Assembly: GCF_018350175.1 (NCBI RefSeq)
Contig: NC_058377.1
Coordinates: 108,686,001-108,750,000 of the forward strand
Length of the DNA: 64,000 nt
Reading direction: 5' to 3'
Source of the DNA: Felis catus
Lineage: Eukaryota
A program made the position numbers and the translations under genes. How positions within the stretch are numbered: position 1 is the first letter of the stretch; each line of letters starts with the position of its first letter. Under the pieces are notes generated by a model that saw only the letters and a program-made list of their open reading frames with translations, was not told the origin of the DNA and did not search any database. This document shows positions 28,406 through 46,974 of this stretch, one piece after another.

Positions 28406-31400
28406 TCAGTCATGATAGAGGCGCAGGAGGCAGCCACGGAGGGTGCCCATGTAGCGGTCCCAGAGGGCCTGGTGCCTGTAATGATAAAAGTAACAGTGAC
28501 GGCTGCCTTCTACTGAATCCCTACTGCTTCTGAGCACTGCTCGGAGAGCTGCCTGTGCCTAAGTGCTCCTTCACGCCTCATAATATTCTTATGATCGTTA
28601 TCATCACCATCTCCAGGTTCTATGGGGGAAACGGAGACATGGAGAGCTTAAGGAACCTACCCAAGGTCAGGTCACAGCTTCTAAGAGGTGGAGCCCACAG
28701 AGAGACTTCCACCCCTAGGACAGAACAGAGAACCCTGAGTCTGCAGGAGGGCTAGGCCCTGGCAGAAGGCTGGCTACGGCAAGGACAAGCTGGAAAGGAG
28801 GCCTGGGGTCTCTCACCGGAAACCATCCAGGGAGTGGACGGATGCCGAATACTGATTCAGGAAGAGCCGCACGTCATTCAGTGGCCAGTGGTCAGAACGG
28901 CAGGGTTCCACGAACTGTGGGCCCAAGGAAACATCTAGGATTGGTACAGCCCAGGGACAGGCCAGGTTGGGGAATCAGAGGACGGCAAGCAGGACAGCTC
29001 ACCTTCTCCACGAGGTCCACAAACAGGTCTCTGACGTCCTTATTGTGGGTCAGCTTGGCGGCCACGTTCACCAGCCCCCGGGACAGGTTCTGCGGGGCAA
29101 GGAGTCTAGGAGTTCTTCCCTCTGTCCCAGAGCCTGGAGGCTGAGCCCAGAGGCTAGAGGAGGGGTAGGGCCCTTCCCAAATCTATCCACCTCCCTCAAT
29201 CAAATAACTCCCCAATGTCTAGGAGCTGACTTTCCCCTCCCAGGTGGGTGGAAGGGGCGGCCGACTACCTGCCGGTCAATGTCCGGCATGAGCAGAGTTG
29301 CCCAATGGGGACAGGGCACTGAGGCCGATGATGCCCAAAGGACAGAGGCTGGATTGGGCCACAGACCTTGAAGTTGGCTTCCATCTCAGAGAAGACACCA
29401 AGCTTTCCCCGGAGGGCAGTGCACACCAGGCTGTAGGGAGATAGGGTAAGCCCAGAGCCGCCTGGGCCCCCACTCGGGCCCCACCCTGTGGACTCCCCAG
29501 GGTCACCTCTTATGCAGGTCCAGGAGGTCTTTGTCAGCCACAAGCATCTTGAGCTCCTTCAAGTCTTGGAGAAACTCCTTGTCTAAATCTACATCCATGT
29601 CAGCCACCTGGGAGTCTGGAGGAGGCCCAGCAAGGGAGTTGGGGCAGGGGGTAAAAACCCCTCCAGGGATCTCCTGAGCCTCCCACACCCACCACCTCAG
29701 TGAACCCCACAAAGAGGAAGTGTCAGAAAGGTGGAGTGATTTGTCCCAGGCCACAGAGAAGTAGCAGGCCCTTTGTCTGCTGACAAGGTGTGCATGGGGA
29801 CACTGGACTGTGTCCAGAGGTGGCTGCGGTGGGGGCACTGAAGAGAAAGGATGCTGGAGATTGGGGCCTGCAGGAGAAACTGCTGATGGCGAGCCAGGCC
29901 CTGCGAAGGTGGGGAGGTATCTGGGCACCAAGTTCAGTGGGGGCCTCACCGACGGCTCCGAGGGTCCAGTTCTGGATCATGAGCTCAGCACAGAAGGCAA
30001 AGTCACCAAAGCTCAGATACTGCAGTTTTTTCTTCCCCGTCTCAAAGCGGTTGTTGGCAAAGAAGACAATGGCCGCATAGTCCCTGCAGGGAGGGGAGAG
30101 GGGGCCTGTCAGGGTTTGAGATTCCTTTTTAGCAAGCAGCTCCCACCTGCAACACTGGCTGGGCATTGGAGTTCTGGCCTATCTCTGCCCCAACTCACTA
30201 TGTGACAAGTTTCAAGTCCCTTCTCCCTGGGCTTCCTCACCTGCCTAAAGAGAAAGTTTCAGCCCAGGTCTGCTAAGGGATACAGAAGGAGACCACGAGG
30301 GTGAATTGCGATTTACTGGGTACTCCCTAAGCCCCAGGGGTGGCATCATGGACTTCATATGTAGCATCTCACAACAACCCCACTGGTAAGTGGCCAGGCT
30401 GGGATTTGAAACCAAGCCAATCTGATCCAAAGCACAGACTAAAAGTAGGATAATCATCCCCAGTACAGCCAGAAGATCAAGTGGGTTGGGGTGGGGAAGG
30501 TAGAGCCGCCTCATGGCCCAAGGAGAGTGTGCAGGAAGGGGAGACGGCTGGCTCCTTGCCCAGCCCCTCACCTGGCCAACCGGTCAGAAAGGAGAAAGTG
30601 TTGCTGAATGTTGTCCACCAGGGAGCCCCGCATTTCCTCCACCACCTTGAAGACTCGCTTAAAGTTGTCAAACTGTAGGGCAGTTAGGGGAGGAGGGAGG
30701 ACTGGTCAGAGGCTGGTCACCCAATAAACTGATTGAACATCCCTCCCTCATCTGTCCATCTATCCAGTCAGCGGAGGCCGACACAGCCTGTGGTATTCTT
30801 CAGTAAACTATTAATTGTTAATACCTGTTGTCCATTCAACCAGGATGTTGGATAAATGTTTCCTCACTCCTACCTCTGAATTCCCCCTATTTTAGCATCA
30901 TGCTCTCCAGTTCTCCAGGAGTTGTGCTGGAACTGACCCCCTTGGCTAAGGTCCAGGAAGTAAAAAAAATGAACAAATGCTAAGCTGCACAGAGGGAGTG
31001 AACAAGAGACACAGAGAAAAGATACTAAAGGCCAGAAGAAGGGTTACTTCTCCCTGTACCGCCAGAAAGGCTTGTGGAGGAGGCGGCATCTAATCCCCCT
31101 GCTTTGTACTTCAAGGGGGAGACAAGGTCAAGAATAGTACCCTGGAAGTAGGAGGACCATGAGCAAGAAAGCCACCGGCTGGAAAAATGTAAGCCAAGAA
31201 GGGTTGGCAGGGACCAGATCACACCAGAGTAAGAAGGTCAAGGCCGAAGAGTAGGGCCACTATCCAGGATGGAGTGGGAGCCAATTAAAGTTTATGAGGA
31301 GGGGAAAGCTATGCTCAGATCTGAGCTTCTGAAAGAACAGCTCCCGCAGAGCGTAGGAGATGGTTTGGAAGTTGCAAAAAGATGCGAGAGGAGACTGGGT

Positions 31401-32296
31401 AGGAAGCCCTTGCCACAACCAGAGGTGGGGAAGGAGAAAGGCGCTGGGGCGGTGACCACACGGACGGAGTGAAGGGGCAGACTGGACATGGATGTTGTGT
31501 TAGGGAGCGGGGGAGGGGGGGTGCAGTGCCCACTTGTCTCCGGCAGCTCTTGAGGGTGATGCCTGTTTTGGTGCTGATGTCATCCAGGTCTTTCTTGGTG
31601 CCCTTGGACAGCTTCTTGCCCAGGACCTCCCGCACAAAGGCCTCGTCAAAGGCATAGTACCTGCGTGGGGGCAGAGGACACCACTGACTTTCCATATAGG
31701 AGGGGAAAGGGGGTCTGGCAGGGCCTAGGTTTGGCCCCTCCTGCTCTCAACTTTCCATCCCGGCCCGGGCCTCAGTTGCGGCCTGCAAAATGGGTCAGAC
31801 TGGTGGGCGTCCACACCTCTCGATGAGCAACGCCTGTCGGGACGGCGGGATCTGGAAGATGAGCTGGTGCAACAGCTTGGGCGGCGCGTGCAGCAGGCGC
31901 TCGAGCATGTGGAAAGTCCGGTAGTGGTCCATGGTGTCACTCTGAAGCACCGCTGCCGTCGCGCCCGTCTGCTCCAAGATTCCTGAGCGCACCCTCAGGG
32001 ACACCGCGTCGCTCACTAGGGAGTCGGAGCTAGCATTAGGACCGGCTCGGCCGAACCCACAGACCCTCCCGGGATCCCAGCTCCAACTCCCACACATCCC
32101 TTACTCTCTCCGCCCACCTCCCCATAGGACGCCCGAGTCCTGGCTCCGCCCCCTCTCCCAGCCCAAACAACCGCCCCTTCTGGGCCGCTCCGCAGACGGC
32201 CCCCCACACACCCGAGTAACCGTCCAGCCAGAGGCGATACACGTCCTCGTCGATGAGCGTCGTGTTCCCCACGAAGATATCCAGTTCGCTGGTCAT
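28406..32296 (-). CDS. FIBP: FGF1 intracellular binding protein (357 aa; possible 364-aa isoform)
   Basis: Exons 32296-32212, 32015-31817, 31660-31534, 30672-30572, 30083-29950, 29615-29507, 29430-29367, 29089-29003, 28914-28817, 28475-28406; total 1074 nt. [28 protein letters not shown] ... GCLLRLYHD*; minus-strand AATAAA 28369-28374. Confidence 0.96.
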
Positions 32297-32848
32297 GGCG
32301 ACGCCCGGACCCGGGCGCGGCTGCAGCGCCCCGGCTGGAGCGAGCACTGCCCCGGGCCGGGCGCGCCGCCGGCGGGTTACTTCCGGGAACGCGGGGATTC
32401 GTCTCCCGGCACCCGGAGCCAGAGAAGGACCACTTCCGGGACAGAGAGGGTGGGGGCAGAAGCGGCGAAGGAAGAGGAATGGCTCCTCCCCCCGGCGGGA
32501 GGGGCAATCTCAGGTCCCTTGTCCCCGCCCCCTGTCCCAACCCCCCATCCTATCCTGGCCCAGTTTGCAGGAAGACGTTGGGAGTCGAGGCCAGCGGCCG
32601 GTCTCCCTTGCCCCTGTAACCTTCCCTCTCACTTCCTCCAGGCTTTTCTCCCACTTTCTCTGCCCTTTTCCGGGCCTCCCTATTTTGACCCGTATCCTAA
32701 ATGTGGTGGTTTCACAGGTCTCTCTCCTAAATCTTTTCTGTGCAAAAAATAGGTCTGACCTGACTTCCAAGGGCCCTTACTGGGAGTCCCTCAGGCCAAC
32801 CTGCCGATGAGCACCTCTTCCGGGCATGGGCCATTTCTTCCTATGGCT

Positions 32849-32882
<34 letters not shown>

Positions 32883-33327
32883 ACTGATGACCTCTCTCAC
32901 TCTGCAGCTCAGAGCTCTGCCTGGAAGTCCACATCAGGAGGGCCGTCTACCCGCAGGTCTTTTCAGGCTGTCTCCCCCCTACAGGCCCCTCAAAAGCCAG
33001 ACCGACCTTTTTCCAATCTGTTTCTCTCCTGCGTTGCTATCGCAGTGAAGTCCCAACATTCACCCAGTTCTCATGCCACAAAACCTGAGCTTTCTCCCAG
33101 ACTCATCTCTCCTCACATTTAGTTCTGCTGATTTGCCTCCTGAATATTTCTGGGATGTTTTGTCCTCTCCATCCCCACTGGCACTGTCCCAGTCCAGTCC
33201 TGCGTAGCTCTGTCTCTCCCATTGATACAGTGTTCTTACTAATCTCCCTGCCTGCATCCTTTCCCCAAGGTCCATCCCACACAGAGCAGCCTGAATAATT
33301 TTTTATTGCGTATTATAGTTTAATTAC

Positions 33328-33369
33328 TTTTTTTTGAGAAGGAGGGAGTGCACGCGTGTGCAGGGGAGG

Positions 33370-33409
<40 letters not shown>

Positions 33410-33532
33410 CTGAAGCAGGCTTCAGGCTCAGCTTGTAGCCTGAGGCAAGGGTCAGTCTCATGACCCCCAGATCGTGACCTGAGCCGAAATCAAGAGTTAG
33501 ATGCTTAACAGACTGAGCCACCCAGGTACCCC
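33328..33532 (-). mobile_element. Can-SINE (antisense) with (GA)n tract
   Basis: Poly-T, (GA)n at 33373-33407, body ending gccacccaggtacccc. Confidence 0.87.
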
Positions 33533-34643
33533 AATGCATACTTATTTAAAATGTTAATCCCCCGCCTAAAATCTTTACTGGCCTGTGGAAACACTCCGGT
33601 CAACTACCTTTGTTGCTTCTCTCCCTCACTTTATCACTTTCTCCACACACGTACCTTTCGAAAACATCGAGCTACTGTCACTGTTCCCGAAGCAGCTGGC
33701 CCCCAATGTCTTTCACCATGCTCTTCCCACTCCCTGAAATAGCTCTATTTGGCAAAGGCCTATACATCTTTCAAGGCCCCACAGATTATCACCTCTTCGA
33801 GAAAACCTTTTTTGGGGGGGGGTGGAGGTCCCTCAGACCATGCACCTCCCCCGTTTGCTTCTTGTTTAACACAGCCTGTCTCCCCTGCTAGATTACAACC
33901 TGTTTGAGGACAGGATCAGACTCTCAGTCAAGTTTATTTCTGCACAGTTTTTGCACACAATAAAAGTTTATTGAACAAATGAATCCTTGTATGTGCCTTC
34001 CCCCGAGGCAGGAAACCGGTCCATGAGAGGGTAGGCTGATCGGTGAGCCAGGCACATTTGGACTCAGGGTTCCCAAGAGCTGGGAGCGATGTTCAGTGAG
34101 CCAAGACTCTCGAGTATGAACTAAGCCAGGAAAGATGGAAACGAGATCCTTTTGGGTTCCGTCGGGAGGTGGACACGAAGAGTCGACGGCCCATGCCGGA
34201 GTCTTGGTTCCTGGGGAGGAGCCGAGAGGCCTAGGCTAGGGCTTGAGGAGGTTTGGAAGTGGGAGGTACAAAGCGCCTAGTTTGGGGGTGACTGTCGGGG
34301 AAGGTGGTGGCGCTGGGACCCAGTGTCCACGAGGGTCAGTCGTTCCGCGGTCCGGAAGGGGCAGAGAAGGGTCTCCCTCTCTCTTTCTGTCTATTCTGCG
34401 GTCAAGTCCCGCCCCTTTCCGGGGAGGCTTCCTGGATTGGCTGTCCTTCCTTAACGTCACACGGCCCCGCCCCGGCGCGCGCCCCGCCGCGTGCCCACCC
34501 CTGGGCGGCTGGTGCAGCCTACGCTTGCCCGACCACAGCCTGCCGCCCGCGGAGCCGGAGCCCAAGCCCCAGCGCGCCGGGCTGGACGTGGGGCTCCTGG
34601 GCCGCGGCGGCGGGCAGGCGATGCTCCAGAGGCCTGAGCAGCC

Positions 34644-35252
34644 ATGGAGGCCGAGGCGGGCGGCCTGGAGGAGCTGACGGACGAGGAGATGGCGGCGCTG
34701 GGCAAAGAGGAGCTGGTGCGGCGCCTGCGACGGGAGGAGGCGGCGCGCCTGGCGGCTCTGGTGCAGCGCGGCCGCCTCATGCAGGAGGTGAATCGGCAGT
34801 TGCAGGGTCACCTGGGCGAGATCCGCGAGCTCAAGCAGCTTAACCGGCGCTTACAGGCCGAAAACCGCGAGCTGCGCGACCTCTGCTGCTTCCTGGACTC
34901 GGAGCGCCAGCGCGGGCGGCGTGCCGCGCGCCAGTGGCAGCTCTTCGGGACCCAAGCATCCCGAGCGGTGCGCGAGGACTTGGGCGGTTGTTGGCAGAAG
35001 CTGGCCGAGCTGGAGGGCCGCCAGGAGGAGCTGCTGCGGGAGAACCTGGCGCTTAAGGAGCTCTGCCTGGCTCTGGGCGAGGAGTGGGGCCCCCGGGGCG
35101 GCCCCGGCGGCGCGGGGGGCTCAAGCGCCGGGCCGACACCCGAGCTCGCTTTGCCCCCCTGCGGGCCCCGCGACCTGGGCGATGGAAGCTCCAGCACGGG
35201 CAGCGTGGGTAGTCCCGACCAATTGCCCCTGGCCTGCTCCCCAGATGACTGA
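34644..35252 (+). CDS. CCDC85B: Coiled-coil domain-containing 85B (DIPA), single exon, 202 aa
   Basis: MEAEAGGLEELTDEEMAALGKEELVRRLRREE...LACSPDD*; Kozak gccATGg; CpG island; AATAAA 35474-35479. Confidence 0.97.
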   Translation: MEAEAGGLEELTDEEMAALGKEELVRRLRREEAARLAALVQRGRLMQEVNRQLQGHLGEIRELKQLNRRLQAENRELRDLCCFLDSERQRGRRAARQWQLFGTQASRAVREDLGGCWQKLAELEGRQEELLRENLALKELCLALGEEWGPRGGPGGAGGSSAGPTPELALPPCGPRDLGDGSSSTGSVGSPDQLPLACSPDD

Positions 35253-36753
35253 GGGCTCAGCTTCCTTCTTGTCGACGCCCGACCAGATTGCTTCCCAAAG
35301 CGCAGGGACTGCGGTGGACCTCGGGACCTAGACGCCGTCCCCCCTCGCACGACGGGCCGCTGGCATGGATTTGGAAACTCTGGCACTGAGGAGGGCCCCT
35401 TGCTCTCGCTGGTGTGGCGGCAGGGGAACTGGATGCTGGAGAGAAGGGACTTGCCGGGGACGGGGTGGGGGCTAATAAACTGGAACGGAAGCAGAGCCCT
35501 TGGCCTGGGCAGCGTCTCTTTGGGACTCGCCGTGGTGGGGACGAGGGCGGGGACGTTGAGACGGGGTACCATTCCCATCCGGAGGGGCTGCAGAACTAAC
35601 GTGGCCGACCCTCGCTACCTCAAGCCTGGGACGGGATGTGGGACCGTGGTAAACCACTGGCTCCCCCCATCAGGCCTCGGAACAGGCCGTATTCTGGCCC
35701 CTGAAGTGGCTCCAGCTCCCTTCCCGGCTCCTTCCTGTCCAAGACAATGGGGCAGGAAGCAGGTGTTGGGGGCCTAGAACCCACTCAGCGACCTCCCCTG
35801 AGGCTGGAAGGGGCATAAGAGCGCCCTCCTGTGGCACACGCAGGAGCGCTGTGGGCCCGCATCCGGAGGAAGATGATAATCCTTTGGCTTGCACCCAACA
35901 GCAGCACTCTGTTCCTCCTCTCAATGCTGGAGATGAGGCAGAGCAGATGTAACCTCTTTTGTCAGGTAAGACAATTGAGGTCTAGAAATATCAAATAGCT
36001 TGTCCAAAGTCATGCAGTAAGTCCGTGGAGCTGAGACTGGAGCCTAGGGCTTCTGGTTTCAAAGATTCTCCCTTTAGCCTCTGGGTTCAATGAGACCAGG
36101 CCAGAGCTTCAAGCCTTTTATTCCATGTTGGCAGGTTTGTATAAAAATACTCTCTGTAGGAAAATAAATAGCAGCTGCCTTCGTTGTGGAGGCTTGGATT
36201 CCCTGGAGCTAAAGTCTTCTCAGAGCTGGGGGCTGCAGGTCAGCTCATCACAGAAGCCTCTGACACCCTCCTGCCATTCAGGAGGGGCCAGCAGAATGCC
36301 CTGGTTCAATCACTTGGTGCTGCTGGCAGTGTGGGGCTAGGTGAGTTAGTGTTCTAGGCTGGTAGAGTATCACCCGTCAGAGTAGGATTGGGTGGATCGC
36401 AGGAAGAGGGTGATGAAGACTGTAGGTGTGGTCTGGAGGGAGTTAGGGCTCTAGAGGACCTCTAGGGAGTCACAAAGTCCTTTTGGGCTGCCAGGAGTTC
36501 TCGCGAACAAATAGGAAATCTTTTGTCTCTGATTTAGTGCAAATTGCTAGAGAAGCCAGCTCTAGAAAAACCGTGGGCAGCGCTGGTGGCCCCAAGCTGG
36601 CTCTACTAGGAAGCAAAATATGCTCAGTCTCATCTGGAGGCATGGAGAAGAACCTGCTGGGCTTGGGCATGGGATATGGTCCAGACCAGCTGGACCAGTG
36701 GGTGGGAAGGCATTGGCTAGGGTGGCACCCGTGGGTAGGGATGCTAGTTTGCC

Positions 36754-42458
<5,705 letters not shown>

Positions 42459-42504
42459 GCCCTGGCTGGCTGCTCTGTGGGGTCCGCGTCGGCGGCTTCG
42501 GTTC

Positions 42505-42835
42505 TGACTCACTTGCTCCTCGCGGAGTCTTTTCTTTTATGAATGAAAAGAGCTCGGGCTGAACCACTTCAATTGGGAAGGGGGGGCGGGCGTTTCTCCG
42601 GCGCTGGACACCTCGGGGCTCCACCTCTCCAGACGCCCCGCCTTTTGCCAGCCCGCCCCGAACTTTTCGACGCCTCCTACCGTCCGGTGGCCGCCTTTTC
42701 GTGCGGGGAAAGGGACGGACCTGGCGTCCCCCGCGGCAGCGGCGGGCCCGCCCTCTCTGACGTAGCTGCCCATACATGGTGCGGTTTCCTCGCCGCGCCC
42801 AGGTGGAGCCGAGGATTCCCCCGCGGATTGACGCA
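42505..42835 (-). promoter_or_regulatory. FOSL1 proximal promoter
   Basis: TATA-like CATAAAAG ~42534-42541; AP-1 TGACTCA 42505-42511; ATF/CRE-like TGACGTA 42758-42764; variant CArG CCATACATGG 42770-42779; TRE-like TGACGCA 42829-42835. Confidence 0.78.
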
Positions 42836-43429
42836 CCTGCGAGCAGCTGGGCGCCCCGCCCCCCCACCCCCCCACCCCCCCACCCCCCTCCCCGCCCCGG
42901 GGCCGCCGACTCGGGCCCGCAGTCGCCCTCCCCGCCGCCCGCGCCGCGAAGCCCGGGCTGGCCTCAGTTTTTGCCTCCGTCAGATGGGGCGAAACCATCA
43001 CCTGGCTGCCTTGCGGCGCGTGGGAGATCGGGGTGAAGAATGAGAAAGGGGCCCGGAGACATTTGTTGCTACGGGTTTACTTACCGGACGCTTATTTCTT
43101 GCGAGGGACCGTTGCTACTGGCGTCCCAGGCTTCACGGTGGTGGCCCGAGGCGCCTCTGCTGGCCTTGTTTTAAGGTTCAGGCACACTAAACAGCGGATA
43201 AACGACAGAGCAGGGTTACCGAAAGGGCGATATACTTCAAACGCTGACAACGAGCAAGTTCGTGGTTTGAACTGCCCACAAAACCAAGGCCATAGAATTG
43301 TGCCACTGGCAGGATAATTTCCGAAGTTTAGAGCAAGTTTTAATTCAGAGCTTCTCTAAACGGCGAGAGGCCGCGGGGGGCCCCGGTTATCCAGTGGTCT
43401 GACAAATACAATCTTCTTTCATTTTTTTT

Positions 43430-44070
43430 AATTTTTATTAAAACATTTTTAATGTTTATTTGGTTTTGAGATAGAGAGAGACAGCATGAGCTGGGGAGGG
43501 GAAGAGAGGGAGACACAACCCGGAGCAGGGTCCAGGCTCCAAGCTGTCCGCACAGAGGCCAATGCGGAGCTCAAACCCATGAACCGCGAGATCATGACCT
43601 GAGCTTAAGTCGGAAGCCCAACGGACTGAGCCATCCAGGCACCCCAGTGCCATCTTGTTTAAATACTACCACTGCTCTTTGGGAACTGTGTGGTCACCAG
43701 CCTTGTTTGGAGATTATGTCCAAGGTCTGTGTGAACGTGAGGCCAGGGCCAGATTTCAACAACCAAAGGCCAGCAACCTTGGGGAGTAGGTACCATCAGC
43801 ATCCCCATTTCACGTGTGGGGAAACCGAGGCCAACAGGTGTTGACATGAAGTGGCGAGGGGCGCCGGAGTGTCTCAGTCCGTTGAGCGTTTGTCCGACTC
43901 TTGATTTCGGCTCAGGCCATGATCTCATGGTTTGTGAGTTCAGGCCCCACACTGGGCTCTGCACTAACAGTGCGGAGCCTGCTTGAAATTCTCTCTCTGC
44001 CCCTCCCCCGCTCGCTCACGCACACCTCTCTCTCTCTCTCAAAAATAAATGAACATTTAAAACAAAAAAG
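43430..44070. mobile_element. Two Can-SINEs (43430-43645 minus; 43857-44070 plus)
   Basis: SINEC heads and tails in opposite orientation. Confidence 0.85.
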
Positions 44071-45781
44071 AAATGAAGCACTTAATATCACTGATCGAGT
44101 GGCTGACGCAGCTTGCCAAACCAGGGCTGTGGGAGCTCCAGGCTCAGACAAGCTCTCTCAAAGGCTCACGGACGCGTTTTCACGGGTGCAGAAGGTCTGT
44201 GCTGAGAGGACCACCCCAAAGCTTCTCTGTTTCCTCCCACTGTGCAGATGGGAAAACTAAGGCCTAGAGAGAGTAAGGGGCTACCAGTGTCACACAACTA
44301 CAGAAAGACAGCTGGGCTCTCCTGTTGTCCACTGCTACCCCCATTTGATGCGCTCGAGTTTTGTTCTCAGGGAAGGAAGATTCCAGGGAAGCGGGTTCCT
44401 GGGCCGTCTTCCTTGGGCCAGGTGTCTGTGGGGGCACTCAGGACTCAGGGACAGAAGGCCAGCTTGGGCCTGGGCTTCCGGTGCCAGAGTTACCATTTTC
44501 TGTCTCTGTGACCCTGGGTGGGTCACTTCCCTGTGAGTCCCGGGCCCAGTGGGAACAACTGAGCCTCGTGCTGACCTCGTGGGGTTCCCGCAGGATCAAA
44601 TGAGATCATAAATGTGAAAGTGCTTTGTGAGCTATAAAGTGCTGTGCACTCAGCCCGCTGCCTCTCCCTTGCCTTGTTCGACTCCATGCTTGTCCTTCTC
44701 TGAAAAGAAAAGAAACCAACATCGGTTCACCAGAATTAGAACTAGAGATGTGTAGGGTGGGGGAGGGGAGAGGGAGAGAGGCTTTTGAGGCAGTGTGATC
44801 CATGGACAAGAACACGCATGCTGGAATCAGACAACTCTGGGTCCTGGAGTTTGAATCCTGGAATTCTGGGTAGGCGGCTCGCCAGCCTAGGTGAGGCACA
44901 CGATGTCTCGGAGCCTCTGTGTCCTCGTCTGTAAAATGGAAACATAATGATAATTACAGCTCAGGGTTGTTAGAGAATAGAAATGAAATAATATCACACG
45001 TGTGGCACAGCATACAGTAAGAACTTGACCAGTAGCCAAAATAAATACACATGTTAACAAAAAGCTCCGGAGGTGGGAGCCCTTGGGGTTCTGATCACAC
45101 GCTAAGGCAATCGTGCAGGGCGCACGCGCTGACATGCGCACTCTTGGGCTGAGCCCAAGTTGGAGGGGTCAAGGTGCCGAAGGCGGCCAGGTGGTGGCAC
45201 GTTCGAGGATGACACAGGTCAGCCTTGACTGCGTCCATCCATCCGCCTGATCCAGAAACACCGCCCTGTCCCACTCCCCCAGCATCCTGGGGCAGCGACT
45301 GAGCAGGGGCTCAGGTCTCAAATGTGTGCATGTGTGTGCGCGTATGTGTGTGATTACATGGTTCTGAAAGTCCCTTCCTGCTCTAACCGTTGGTGGAGCC
45401 ACAAGGAGGCCCTTTCAGAGACAGGCACATTCCAAGCTCCTCAGTCACCAACTCCTGCTTCGTGGCTGCAGAAACGTTCCTGGCCCCTGACCTCACCAGC
45501 TCCCACCCAGGGAGGCCTGGCAAGAATCCCAGAGGGCCACTGTGATTGCAAGAGTCTGGGGGTCCAGAGGTCTGAGGAACCAGGGCATTGTCCCTTGGCA
45601 GCCTGTGTGAGCCTGGCTGGGTCACTTCCCTCTCTGAGCCCCGGAGAATGTCCACCTCCTGGGGCTGCAGCAAAGCAAAAAGAGGCGATCGATGGTGTGC
45701 TTTGCACCCAACACGTTCTGTCAGTGCCCCCAGGACACTGGAGGTGATGTTGATGCATTTCATTTTTTCACTCGCTTTTTT

Positions 45782-46379
45782 ATTTTTTTTTTAATTTTTT
45801 TTTCAACGTTTATTTTTGGGGGGGACAGAGAGAGACAGAGCATGAACGGGGGTGGGGCAGAGAGAGAGGGAGACACAGAATTGGAAACAGGCTCCAGGCT
45901 CTGAGCCATCAGCCCAGAGCCTGATGCGGGGCTCAAACTCACGGACCGCGAGATCGTGACCTGGCTGAAGTCGGACGCTTAACCGACTGCGCCACCCAGG
46001 CGCCCCTTCACTCGCTTTTTTAAATCAAAGTTAATTTTTATTTATGTATTTATTCATTGATTTATTATTTATTTTTGAAAGACAGAGAGAGAGCGTGAGC
46101 GAGGGAGGGACAGTGATAGAGGGGGACACAGAATCCAAAGCAGGCTCCAGGCTCTGAGCTGTCAGCACAGAGACCGACACGGGGCTCGAACCCGCAAGCT
46201 GTGACATCATGACCTGAGCCAAAGTCTGACGCTGAACGGACTGAGCCACCCAGGTGCCCCAAAGTATTTATTTTTAAAAATGAGGTTGAAATTTACATAA
46301 CATACAGTTCACCAATTTAACTTTTTTTTTAAGAGACTGTAATTTTTAAAATAAAAAAATTTAATATTTACTTATTTTT

Positions 46380-46415
<36 letters not shown>

Positions 46416-46969
46416 AAGAGTGGAGGAGGGGCAGAGAGAGAGGGAAACAAAGAACCTGAAGCAGGCCCCAGGCTCTGAGCTGTCAGCACAGAGCCCGACC
46501 CGGGGCTCGAACCCACAAGCCGTGAGATCATGACCTGAGCCAAAGTCACATGCTTAACTGACTGAGCCACCCAGGTGCCCCTAATTTTTAAATTTTTTAT
46601 ATATTTTAATTTTTGTATATATTTGAGAAAGCACTGGTTTACTTTATTTCTTTTAATGTTTATTTATTTTTGAGAGAGAGAGAGTGCGAGCAGGGGAGGG
46701 GCAGAGAGAGACGGAGACAGAAATGTGAAGCATGTTCCAGGCACTGATCTGCCAGCACAGAGCCCGACTCGGGCTCAAACTCAGGAACTCAGGGCTCAAA
46801 CTCAGATCATGATCTGAGCCAAAGTCCAACACTTAACCAACTGAGCCACCTAGACGCCCCAAGAATTTAATTTTTTAAAGTAATTTCTATACCCAACGTG
46901 GGTCTCTAACGCACAACCCTGAGATTCAAGGGCTGCACCCTCCACCGACTGAGCCAGCCAGGCGCCCCC
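45782..46969 (-). mobile_element. Cluster of 4-5 antisense Can-SINEs
   Basis: Bodies ending at ~46006 (perfect TSD ttcactcgctttttt), ~46260, ~46581, ~46860 and ~46969. Confidence 0.9.
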
Positions 46970-46974
46970 ACAGT

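Noticed and set aside
34808-35578. 256-aa ORF antisense to CCDC85B
   Set aside because: Shadow ORF of a GC3-rich coding strand.
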